64,000 nt of DNA, from assembly GCA_963713825.1 (NCBI GenBank), contig CAVQNG010000004.1, forward strand, positions 1 through 64,000, written 5' to 3'. Shown here in pieces: positions 31,358 through 39,893 of the stretch. Made by a program: the position numbers and the translations under genes. The notes under the pieces were generated by a model. The model was not told where the DNA came from. It saw nothing but the letters and a program-made list of their open reading frames with translations, and did no database searches. This DNA is from an uncultured Acidobacteriota bacterium. Its GTDB lineage: Bacteria; Acidobacteriota; Thermoanaerobaculia; Multivoradales; JAHEKO01. Position 1 is the stretch's first letter. Each line of letters opens with the position of its first letter.

Positions 31358-31866
31358 TCGACCCGAACCACAACCCATCGAGATCCGAGGTGGTCGCAAA
31401 GCCTCGGGGCCTGGAGATAGAGCACAGCTTCGAGATTCCCGATCAAGCCACCGAGGCGGTGTTCGAGCTGTTCTGTGACCCCCGAAGACTGAATGCCCTA
31501 ACGCCTCCGTGGTTCAGTCTGATCGTCCGCGGCTCCTATTCGCCTCCGGTTCGACTCGATTCCAGAATCGAATATCGACTGCGGTGGCGGGGTCTGCCTT
31601 TGGCCTGGCGCAGCGTCATCACCGAGCTGCAGCCACCGAACTGGCTTGTCTATGAGCAAGCTCAGGGGCCGTTTCGGCGCTTTCGACACGAGCACTCTTT
31701 TGATCCGTCCCGGCAGGGTGTCGTCATCACCGACCGCATCCTTTACAGCGTCTTTGGCGGCTCCTGGATCGACCGCACACTGGTTGGCCCTGATCTGCGT
31801 CGGATCCTGCGCTACAGGGAGCGCGCCGCCACGGAGATCCTCCGCCAGCAGGCGCAGCCCAAATAG
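31354..31866 (+). CDS. SRPBCC-family protein
   Basis: FCDPRRLNALTPPW, WRSVITE, EQAQGPFRRFRHEHSF, ILRYR. Confidence 0.8.
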   Translation: MIDPNHNPSRSEVVAKPRGLEIEHSFEIPDQATEAVFELFCDPRRLNALTPPWFSLIVRGSYSPPVRLDSRIEYRLRWRGLPLAWRSVITELQPPNWLVYEQAQGPFRRFRHEHSFDPSRQGVVITDRILYSVFGGSWIDRTLVGPDLRRILRYRERAATEILRQQAQPK

Positions 31867-32008
31867 AGTCCCGATTCACCCGAGATCGTGGATGTCGCGG
31901 TCTCTGCTCTGGTTCATCTTGGAATCGCTATCGATCCAGCCTGGCGACTGGATGGCAAACCGATCTTGCAGTATCGGGATTGAGCTCCACCAAGCCCGCC
32001 GGACAAGA

Positions 32009-32926
32009 TCAGGCGACGTCGGCCTGCACTCGACCCTGCGCCTCGGCTTCGGTCGCTCCAAGACGCAACCCCTTCACCAGCGCCTCGAGCTCGCCCATGG
32101 TCGTTCCGACATGCAGATGTGGGACGTCGGGTAGGCCGAGCTGATCCGCTTTCTGCCCTCCGATGACCAGTGGGAGTCCCTTGTCCTCGAGGGCTTCGAC
32201 GAACTCGACCAGCTGCGCCTGCAACTTTTCCCGGTCCTCGATGGCAGTCACGCTCAGCCATAGCAAGCTGGCATCCATCGACTCCGCTGCCAATTGCAGC
32301 GATTCGAGAGGTGTCTCCGGGCCCAGGTTGACCGCATTCAGACCACGGGACTCGAGCACTGCAGCAGCTGCCAGAGATGGCAGTAGATAAGGGTCACCCG
32401 AGGGAGCACCGCCAACCGCAACCGGAGAACCTGGCTGGCTCGGGATCAAAAGACGCAGCCGCGTCAAGGCCTGAATGGCGATGTCAGTGGCCCTGTGCTC
32501 TTGGAAGACTCCCGCGGTCTCATTGCCCTCGAACCACAGCTTCCCGAGACGCTCCATGGCCGTCTGCACGGGACCATCGATGATCTGGGCAATGCTCCGG
32601 CCACTGAGATAGAGACTCTGGATCAGTCCCCTGGCGTGCTCTGCCCTGCCACTCTCGAGGAAGTCGAAGAGGGTATCTCCGACATCCCCTCCTATTGGTA
32701 GGTCTCCACCGAGCGCCGAGACATCCGGCAATCCGAAGATGTCCGGGTGTAAAAGTGGCGTCTTCGTTTCTCGCAGGAAGCGAACGGCTTCGCTCATGGC
32801 GATCCTGCGATGCCCACCAGCGGTCTTGCTGGCGGGAATCGTCCCCGAATCGACCCATCGCTTGATCGAGGATTCGCTGACTCCGATCGCCTGGGCGAAC
32901 TCTTTTGGGCTCAAGACATCCTTCAT
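32009..32926 (-). CDS. CarH/LitR-like regulator: MerR/HTH_17 DNA-binding domain plus B12-binding-like domain lacking the canonical His
   Basis: LSPKEFAQAIGVSESSIKRWVDSG..TAGGHRR; cap helix GKLW..QEHRAT; Rossmann domain with GDPYLLP in place of GExHxxG, then NLGPETP, WLSVT, VIGG. Confidence 0.8.
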   Translation of the reverse strand: MKDVLSPKEFAQAIGVSESSIKRWVDSGTIPASKTAGGHRRIAMSEAVRFLRETKTPLLHPDIFGLPDVSALGGDLPIGGDVGDTLFDFLESGRAEHARGLIQSLYLSGRSIAQIIDGPVQTAMERLGKLWFEGNETAGVFQEHRATDIAIQALTRLRLLIPSQPGSPVAVGGAPSGDPYLLPSLAAAAVLESRGLNAVNLGPETPLESLQLAAESMDASLLWLSVTAIEDREKLQAQLVEFVEALEDKGLPLVIGGQKADQLGLPDVPHLHVGTTMGELEALVKGLRLGATEAEAQGRVQADVA

Positions 32927-33006
32927 CGTGGAATTTCCTATTGCTTGACGATTTGAGTGTTTAACAATCAGCGATCCGACTGCTTAACCCTGCTCTGAAC
33001 AAGCCA

Positions 33007-33106
33007 ACTATGCCAGTAAATACAGTTAAAGTCAACCTTCACAGCAACCCCCGGAGATCCTTGACAAGTTGAGTTCCTTTTCTTAATATGAATGTTATGA
33101 CTGTTT
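33007..33106. promoter_or_regulatory. Divergent promoters (regulator and photolyase) with 9-bp repeats
   Basis: Minus strand TTGACT(33035-33030)-N17-CATAGT; plus strand TTGACA(33061)-N17-TAATAT; TGAATGTTA TGACTGTTT at 33089-33106. Confidence 0.65.
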
Positions 33107-33137
33107 GCGTAGCCTCACTCATGCTCTCCAAACGCTC

Positions 33138-33283
33138 CGCGATGGTGCAGGCCCTCGGCGAATCGCCTACCCAGTGCCTTACCCTGCTTCTGCTGTTCTT
33201 GCTGCAGCCCTCCCTCCAGGCGACCCGACAGGAAAGGCACTCCCGGACTCGCCTCGCCTCTGCCGAGGGTCTGCACGATCGCG
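33138..33283 (+). ncRNA. Candidate structured RNA or leader element upstream of the photolyase gene
   Basis: 22-bp stem 33138-33159/33262-33283 (one mismatch, one G-U); inner stem AGTGCCTT/AAGGCACT; apical C-rich loop. Confidence 0.4.
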
Positions 33284-33323
33284 TAGACTTCTGAAAGGCT
33301 CCCAACCCAAAGGAGGAGCTACG

Positions 33324-34748
33324 ATGAAATCCCTTGTCTGGTTTCGATCCGACCTCCGACTTGAAGACAATCCGGCACTCTTTCACGCCTGTCGCGACTC
33401 CGCGGCTGGCCTGATTGCTGTATTCCTGATCTCCCCGAACCAATGGCACAGCCATGATTGGGGAGCTCGGAAGATCGCCTACCTCCTGCAGGGCCTCGAG
33501 AGCCTCGGCAAGGACCTGGCAGCGATCGGAATTCCCCTGGTTATCGAAGAGGCGCCCGGATTCTCCGATGCGCCGAAGGCCCTCGAAAGACTCCTGGAGC
33601 GACACCGGTGCGAGGCGCTCTACTTCAATCGCGAGTACGAGTTCAACGAGGCGAGTCGTGACGAACTGCTCTCGCGTCGCCTGCAGAGTCAGGGAATCGA
33701 GGTGCGAGCGTTCGACGACCAGATGATCGTGGAGCCCGGTACGATCCGAACGCAGAAGGGTGAGCCCTACTCTGTCTTCACACCCTTCTGGAGGAACTGG
33801 TCCAAGCATCTGGAGAATCAGCCCCCTGCACCTCTTCCAAGGCCTGCGCCTCTAGGCGCGGACTTTCTCCTGGACTTTTGCCTGCCCGAGTTCGCGGCCA
33901 CGCAAAACACAGGCTCACACTCAGATTCTGAGTGGACAGTTGGCGAGACGGCCGCCAAAGAGCAATTGATGACCTTTCTCGCGTCGGCCGCTTCGGGCTA
34001 CCACCGATTGCGAGACGACCCTTCGGCCAAGGGTACGAGTCGTCTTTCTGCCGCCCTGGCAGTCGGAGCTCTATCTCCACGGACCTGCCTCGATCGGGCA
34101 ATTAGTGCTAACGACGGATTCCTCACTGGCGACTCAGAGGGAATCCAGGCCTGGATTCGTCAACTCGCTTGGCGCGACTTCTACCGCCAAGTGCTGATCT
34201 CCTTTCCAAGGGTCAGCCGGGGCAGAAGTTTCCTCGAGTGGACGGAGCGGGTCGAGTGGAGAGACAGTCCGCATGATTTCAACGCTTGGCAAAGCGGTCA
34301 GACAGGTGTGCCACTCGTCGATGCCGGAATGAGACAACTGCGAGAAACGGGCTGGCTTCACAATCGCGTTCGGATGGTAACCGCTATGTACCTTGCCAAG
34401 GACCTCCTTCTCGACTGGCGCCAGGGCGAGGCGCACTTCATGCGCGAGCTCGTGGATGGCGATTTTGCGAACAACAACGGGGGCTGGCAGTGGTCCGCAT
34501 CGACAGGCGTCGATGCGGCACCCTACTTTCGAATCATGAACCCCTGGACCCAAGCCAAGCGTTTCGATCCCTACGGCGAGTACATCAAGACCTGGGTCCC
34601 CGAGATTCGCCAAGTCGCTTCTCGGAGCCTCCATGACCCAAAGAAGCTCACAGAGTTGATCCACGCAGGCCTCGACTACCCCGAGCCCTTGGTCGATCAT
34701 CGGGCGGCCAGAATCAGAGCTGTCACTGCTTTCGAGCGCGCCAAGTAA
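33324..34748 (+). CDS. phrB: Class I deoxyribodipyrimidine (CPD) photolyase
   Basis: WFRSDLRLEDNPAL, YSVFTPF, TSRLS, WRDFY, GQTGVPLVDAGMRQL, HNRVRM, NNGGWQW, FRIMNP; AGGAGG ribosome-binding site. Confidence 0.95.
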   Translation: MKSLVWFRSDLRLEDNPALFHACRDSAAGLIAVFLISPNQWHSHDWGARKIAYLLQGLESLGKDLAAIGIPLVIEEAPGFSDAPKALERLLERHRCEALYFNREYEFNEASRDELLSRRLQSQGIEVRAFDDQMIVEPGTIRTQKGEPYSVFTPFWRNWSKHLENQPPAPLPRPAPLGADFLLDFCLPEFAATQNTGSHSDSEWTVGETAAKEQLMTFLASAASGYHRLRDDPSAKGTSRLSAALAVGALSPRTCLDRAISANDGFLTGDSEGIQAWIRQLAWRDFYRQVLISFPRVSRGRSFLEWTERVEWRDSPHDFNAWQSGQTGVPLVDAGMRQLRETGWLHNRVRMVTAMYLAKDLLLDWRQGEAHFMRELVDGDFANNNGGWQWSASTGVDAAPYFRIMNPWTQAKRFDPYGEYIKTWVPEIRQVASRSLHDPKKLTELIHAGLDYPEPLVDHRAARIRAVTAFERAK

Positions 34749-34763
34749 CTTCGAACATCCTGC

Positions 34764-34793
34764 CTTCCCCTCGCCCCACTTCCCCTCGCCCCA
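34764..34793. repeat. 15-bp tandem duplication (four G4 runs on the minus strand)
   Basis: CTTCCCCTCGCCCCA x2. Confidence 0.7.
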
Positions 34794-34867
34794 GGAACGA
34801 TCGGGGACCACAAACCCGGTCTCGAGCCGATGGACGCAGGCGGCTGACACCTTTCTCGAGAAAGCCC

Positions 34868-34925
34868 TTGACAAACCTGAAGCCATAGATTACTGTTTTG
34901 AACGTTGTGAATGTTTTGAATGCTT
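34868..34925 (+). promoter_or_regulatory. Promoter with four 9-bp tandem repeats
   Basis: TTGACA(34868)-N17-TACTGT; TTACTGTTT TGAACGTTG TGAATGTTT TGAATGCTT at 34890-34925. Confidence 0.7.
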
Positions 34926-34971
34926 CATCGAGTCAACCATGACTCTTCAATCACGAAGAAAGGAGCCGCAA

Positions 34972-35649
34972 ATGACTGGAATCCGTACGCTACTCACCCT
35001 CGTCCTGGTGCTGCTGCTGGCACCCCTCGCAGCCTCGGCCCAGAACTTCACCCTTTTTGTCACCCATGGCATTCCCGGCGACGATGGCATCTTCCCCGTC
35101 GACATCGAGGTCGGCGACCTCGGATGCGCTATTGAGAACCTCGAATTCGGCACCATCCTCGGTCCTCTGGATCTGCCCGCTGACACCTACGACATCACGA
35201 TCCACGCAGGCGGCACCAACTGCGGCGACCCCGTCCTCGGGCCGATTACCGATACCTTCGAAGAGGGTCAGAACGTATCCCTCGTCGCCCATTTGACCGA
35301 GTCAGGGGACCCGACGGTCAGCAAGTTCTTCAACGACTTTTCCAAGGCGTACGGTCGGAACAGGGTTACCGTCCATCACGTCGCGGCGGCCGGAGACGTT
35401 GACGTGATCTTCGGCCGAAACAAGAAGCGGAAAGACTTCGTCATCAACCAGTTGTCCAACGGTGAGCAGGTCGGCGCTGAGCTCACGCCTGGCAACAGAT
35501 TCCTGACGATTACTGGTTCGATCGGTGGCCCAAAGGTGCTTGGACCCGCTGCCATCAAGCTGCGACCCTGGCTCGTCACCCTGGCTTACGCGGTCGGCGT
35601 ACCCGGGGAGAGTTTTACGGTCATTTCCAAGTCGTTCTACAACAGGTAG
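34972..35649 (+). CDS. Secreted DUF4397-like protein
   Basis: Signal peptide ending ASA; two repeats with V.H..P/A..VD motifs (VTHGIPG..PVDI; VHHVAAAGDVDV). Confidence 0.7.
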   Translation: MTGIRTLLTLVLVLLLAPLAASAQNFTLFVTHGIPGDDGIFPVDIEVGDLGCAIENLEFGTILGPLDLPADTYDITIHAGGTNCGDPVLGPITDTFEEGQNVSLVAHLTESGDPTVSKFFNDFSKAYGRNRVTVHHVAAAGDVDVIFGRNKKRKDFVINQLSNGEQVGAELTPGNRFLTITGSIGGPKVLGPAAIKLRPWLVTLAYAVGVPGESFTVISKSFYNR

Positions 35650-35697
35650 GCGTTTCCCCCTCCTTACGTCTGTCTGAGCACGACTGGATTGACAATA

Positions 35698-35750
35698 CCG
35701 GGGCGGGCGGCGGTTCTTCGGAGCTGCTTCTCGCCCCGGACTTCTTCTTG
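35698..35750 (+). terminator. Probable intrinsic terminator
   Basis: CCGGGGCG..C(TTCG)G..CGCCCCGG hairpin followed by CTTCTTCTT. Confidence 0.55.
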
Positions 35751-35857
35751 CTGGCTCAACCTACGCAGTCCAACAACACAAATCGACCGCTGAAACCCCC
35801 TGAGCTCCCCCGATCCTCCTGACCCACAAGAGCCTTGCCTGCGGGTATGATCGAGGC

Positions 35858-37009
35858 ATGCCGAAACCGACGATCCTGGTGATCGGCCTCGGGCACCTGG
35901 GCGGTGTGGTGCTCGAGCTCCTGGCGCGCCAGGAATGGGTTGGAAGAATTGTCGGCGCCAGCCGCCACCCGGAACGAGGGGTGGCGCGATGCAATCTGGC
36001 CCGGCTCGGCGCCATGGCACAGGGCTATTCGACGGACATCGAGTACCAAGAGATCGATCTCCGAGACGTCGATCGGGTGGCCGAATCGATTGACGAGCTC
36101 GAACCCGACCTCATCCTCAGCACGGCCAGCCTGCAGACCTGGTGGCTGACCGAGTTGCTGCCTGCCGTGGCAGCCGCCCGCTTGTCGCGAGCTCGTTTCG
36201 GCGCCTGGCTGCCCATCCATCTGACCCTGACCCTGGATTTGATGCGAGCCGTCAAGGCCAGCGGCTTCCCAGGTCCCGTTCTGACCGCTCCGTTCCCGGA
36301 TGTCGTGAACTGCATTCTCGACCGACTGGGTGTGGCACCGACCTGCGGCGTTGGCAACATCGATGAAGTCGTGCCCAAGGTGCGCTGGCTTGCAGCTGAG
36401 AGTCTGCAGGTACCGAGCCGCGAAATCGAAGTGACAATGGTCGCCCATCACGCGCTGCAGAAGGCGGTCTTTCGCTCTCCGCAAGACGACGTTCCATCCG
36501 CCGTGCCCCCTTTCCACCTGCGGATCGATCACCTGGGCGAGGATGTCACCGATGAGGTAGGTGGTCGGGACCTCCTGCTCGCTCCCTCTCCACTACCCGG
36601 AGGACCAGCTTGGGGCTTTCTGACCTCCGGCTCCGCCGTCCGGCTCGTCGAGGCATTTCTATCGCCTCGGGAGTCTTTGCTGCACGCCCCTTCCCCTGGA
36701 GGACTACCAGGTGGCTACCCGGTCCTTGTGGGCAATGGTCGAGTCCGCTACCGCCCCCTCCCCGACCTCTCCCGCGGTGAGGCCATCCGGATCAACGAGC
36801 GGTCTCAGCCTTTCGATGGCATTCATGCCATCCAAGACGACGGCACCACCGTCTTCGAGCCGGTGACCGTTCAGGTGATGCGGCAGGAGTTGGGCTACGA
36901 CTGCGAGCGCCTGGCGCCTCATGAAGCGACCGAGCGTGCACAAGAGCTCCTGGCTCGCTTCCGCGAGTATGCTCAGGGCTTGGGCATCGACCTTGAACGA
37001 CCAGCTTGA
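35858..37009 (+). CDS. NAD(P)-binding Rossmann protein (saccharopine-dehydrogenase-like N-terminus), function unknown
   Basis: ILVIGLGHLGG; FPDVVN; GVGN; PGGLPGGYPV. Confidence 0.55.
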   Translation: MPKPTILVIGLGHLGGVVLELLARQEWVGRIVGASRHPERGVARCNLARLGAMAQGYSTDIEYQEIDLRDVDRVAESIDELEPDLILSTASLQTWWLTELLPAVAAARLSRARFGAWLPIHLTLTLDLMRAVKASGFPGPVLTAPFPDVVNCILDRLGVAPTCGVGNIDEVVPKVRWLAAESLQVPSREIEVTMVAHHALQKAVFRSPQDDVPSAVPPFHLRIDHLGEDVTDEVGGRDLLLAPSPLPGGPAWGFLTSGSAVRLVEAFLSPRESLLHAPSPGGLPGGYPVLVGNGRVRYRPLPDLSRGEAIRINERSQPFDGIHAIQDDGTTVFEPVTVQVMRQELGYDCERLAPHEATERAQELLARFREYAQGLGIDLERPA

Positions 37010-37018
37010 GGTGCAAGC

Positions 37019-37771
37019 ATGAAGGGATTGAGTGGAAAGAGAGCTCTGGTAACCGGCGGCGCCAGCGGGATTGGTGCTGCCACTGCCAAGAGATTCCTCG
37101 AAGAAGGGTGCCAGGTCGCCGTCCTGGATCGCGACCCGGAATCCCAACAGCGACTCGAGACCGAGCTTCCAAGTCTTGCTGGAGTCTACGAGGCCGACGT
37201 CGCCGACCTCACCCAGGTTCGAGCGGCCTTCGAGGAGGCCATCCTCGATATGGGCGGCGTCGATATCCTGATCAACAACGCGGGGATCAGCATCCGCCAT
37301 CCGTTCACCGAGATCACGCCCGAGGACTGGGAGCGGGTCCTGGCCGTCAATCTCACTGGGGTCTTCTACGTGGCCCAGGCAGCGGCTCGACATATGCTGG
37401 AGAGAGGGTCCGGGGTGATTCTCAACACGGCCTCGACGAACGGTTTCATGGGCTACCCCCTCTACGCCGACTACAACGCCAGCAAAGCGGGCGTCATCGA
37501 GCTGACCCGATCGATGGCCCTGGAGCTAGCCCCGACCGTGCGAGTCAACGCTGTGGCCCCGGGCTATGTGCTCACCCCGATGCAGCGGGCCGAGTACACC
37601 GATGCAATGCTTTCGGAAGTGAATTCCAAGATTCCCATGGGGCGCCATGCTCAGCCAGAGGAAATCGCTGGCCTGTTCGCCTTCCTCGCCTCGGAAGAGG
37701 CGGCCTTCGTCAGTGGCCAGGTCTTCACCATCGATGGAGGCGAAACCGCTGGCAGCCTGGCCAGCCGATAG
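37019..37771 (+). CDS. SDR oxidoreductase
   Basis: TGGASGIG, NNAG, YNASK. Confidence 0.92.
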   Translation: MKGLSGKRALVTGGASGIGAATAKRFLEEGCQVAVLDRDPESQQRLETELPSLAGVYEADVADLTQVRAAFEEAILDMGGVDILINNAGISIRHPFTEITPEDWERVLAVNLTGVFYVAQAAARHMLERGSGVILNTASTNGFMGYPLYADYNASKAGVIELTRSMALELAPTVRVNAVAPGYVLTPMQRAEYTDAMLSEVNSKIPMGRHAQPEEIAGLFAFLASEEAAFVSGQVFTIDGGETAGSLASR

Positions 37772-37781
37772 GGACCCCACA

Positions 37782-39107
37782 ATGACCAGACAGACGAAGC
37801 GATCCGAAGAGCTCTTTCGCCGCTCGCTCGATTCCATGATCGAGGGTGGCAGCTCGCCCTCCCGCGGCCCGGCCAACTACGGGGACTATCCGCTCTTCAT
37901 GGAGCGCGCCGAGGGTGCCCACATCTTCGACGTCGACGGCAATCGATATCTCGACTGGATGATGTCCTACGGCGCCTTGCCCCTGGGTCACGCTCATGCG
38001 GAAGTCGTGGCGGCGATTCAGCAGGCGGCGGCGGAGGGAACCCATTTTGCCTCAGCGACCGAGATCGAAATCGAAGTGGCCGAGCTGCTCCAGAAGATGA
38101 TTCCGGGGGCAGAGCGAGTTCGGTTCGCGAACACCGGCACCGAGGCCACGATGGCCGCCATACGGCTGGCCCGGGGATACACGGGCCGTCCCAAATTCGT
38201 CAAGTTCGAAGGCCAGTATCACGGCTGGTTCGACGACTTCCTGGTCAACTCCCACCCGCACCCCATCGCCTCACTGGGTCACCGCAACGACCCCGTCAAG
38301 ATTCCCGACAGCTCCGGGCTCAACCGCCACGCTCTCGACGACACGATCCTCCTGCCCTGGAACGACATGACCGCGGTCGAGAGAGCCTTCGAGACCTGGG
38401 GTGGTCAGATTGCCGCCGTGATTACCGAGGGCGTCATCGCCAACATGGGCGTCATTCCCCCAGCACCCGGCTATCTCAAGGCAGTCCGCCAACTGACTCG
38501 CCAGCACGATACCCTCTTGATCCTGGACGAAACGGTGACCGGCTGCCGAGTGGCGCCTGGTGGATGCCAGGAGTACTACGAGGTCCACGCCGACATCGTG
38601 ACCCTGGGCAAGGGGCTCGGTGCCGGCCTGCCAGTCGCGGCCTTCGTCGGCAGGGCTCAGGTGATGGAGGCGCTGGCCTGGGGAGGAGTCCTCCACTATG
38701 GGACCCAGAACGCCTCCCGCATTGGGATGCATGCGGCCCGCGCCAATCTGGAGTGTCTGCTGCGAGACGATGGCGCCGCCATCAAACACACATGGAGAAT
38801 CGGCGAAGCACTCTGCAACGGCCTCAGCGAGATTTTCGAGCGGACTTCGACACCGGCCATCGTCCAGCACGTCGGGCCGATGCTGCAGATACTGTTTACG
38901 GAGAAACGTACGATCGGCGACTATCGGGAGTTCTGCTCCTTCGTCGACCGTGATCGATACCGTCGCTTCGCCCTGGCCCTGTTCGAGCATGGGGTCTATA
39001 TGACGCCCTCCGCTGCACTCCACTCCGTCGCATCGTTGGCCCACACGGACGACGACGTGGCTTTCACGCTCGAGGCCGTCGACAAAGTCCTGTCGAGCGC
39101 TGGATGA
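37782..39107 (+). CDS. Class III PLP aminotransferase (GSA-aminomutase-like, probably not HemL)
   Basis: DVDGNRYLD, NTGTEAT, FEGQYHG, LILDET.TG, LGKGLGAG. Confidence 0.85.
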   Translation: MTRQTKRSEELFRRSLDSMIEGGSSPSRGPANYGDYPLFMERAEGAHIFDVDGNRYLDWMMSYGALPLGHAHAEVVAAIQQAAAEGTHFASATEIEIEVAELLQKMIPGAERVRFANTGTEATMAAIRLARGYTGRPKFVKFEGQYHGWFDDFLVNSHPHPIASLGHRNDPVKIPDSSGLNRHALDDTILLPWNDMTAVERAFETWGGQIAAVITEGVIANMGVIPPAPGYLKAVRQLTRQHDTLLILDETVTGCRVAPGGCQEYYEVHADIVTLGKGLGAGLPVAAFVGRAQVMEALAWGGVLHYGTQNASRIGMHAARANLECLLRDDGAAIKHTWRIGEALCNGLSEIFERTSTPAIVQHVGPMLQILFTEKRTIGDYREFCSFVDRDRYRRFALALFEHGVYMTPSAALHSVASLAHTDDDVAFTLEAVDKVLSSAG

Positions 39108-39117
39108 GGAGCGCGTG

Positions 39118-39891
39118 ATGGACGAAACCGATCTGCAAGGGAGGACAGCCCTGATCACCGGCGCGGCCTCCGGCATTGGTCGTGCGATGGCGGAGCTCTT
39201 CGCTCATCACGGCGCTGCCATCTGCGCGGTGGATCTCGACGCTTCCGGCGCCAGGAAGGTGGCCAACCGCATCGCCAGTTCAGGTGGCGCCGCTCGAGCC
39301 GTCACCGCCGACGTGACTCGGAGCTCGGATTGCGAGAGGGCCGTCGAGGCGGCCCTGGAGCTCGGAAAAGGGCTCCATGTCCTCATCAACAACGCCGGCA
39401 TCATCCGGCGGGCTTCGGTTCTCGACACCGCGGAGGAGGACTGGGACCGGGTCATGGAGGTCAACGTCAAATCGATCTTCCTGATGTCGAAAGCCGCCAT
39501 CCCGCACCTGCAGAAGGCCGGTGGCGGCGCCATCATCAACACCTCCTCCGGCTGGGGACTTGTGGCCGGACCCCAGGCAGCTGCCTACTGCGCATCCAAA
39601 GGTGCTGTCGTTCAGCTCACGAAAGCCATGGCGATCGACCACGGGCCCGATGGCATTCGTGTCAACTGCATCTGCCCCGGCGACACCGACACGCCGCTAC
39701 TGCACCAAGAAGCCCGAGAGCTCGGCGAACCTGAAGCGAGCTTTCTCGCCGGGGCCGCGAGCCGCCCCCTGCAAAGGGTCGGCTCTCCTGAGGAGATCGC
39801 TCAGGCGGCCCTCTTCCTGGGCAGTGACGCCTCGTCTTTTGTCACCGGAGCTGCGCTGGTCGTGGACGGCGGCGGGCTCGCCGGTGGTTGA
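39118..39891 (+). CDS. SDR oxidoreductase
   Basis: TGAASGIG, NNAG, YCASK, VNCICPG. Confidence 0.92.
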   Translation: MDETDLQGRTALITGAASGIGRAMAELFAHHGAAICAVDLDASGARKVANRIASSGGAARAVTADVTRSSDCERAVEAALELGKGLHVLINNAGIIRRASVLDTAEEDWDRVMEVNVKSIFLMSKAAIPHLQKAGGGAIINTSSGWGLVAGPQAAAYCASKGAVVQLTKAMAIDHGPDGIRVNCICPGDTDTPLLHQEARELGEPEASFLAGAASRPLQRVGSPEEIAQAALFLGSDASSFVTGAALVVDGGGLAGG

Positions 39892-39893
39892 TA

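Noticed and set aside
33088-33294. 68-aa ORF, and the N-terminal extension of the photolyase ORF from 33105
   Set aside because: There is no ribosome-binding site, the start overlaps the -10 element and repeats, and the strong RBS marks ATG 33324; the region is better explained as a structured leader.
37782-39107. hemL assignment
   Set aside because: The N-terminal motif diverges from HemL and the context (SDR genes) is not tetrapyrrole synthesis.
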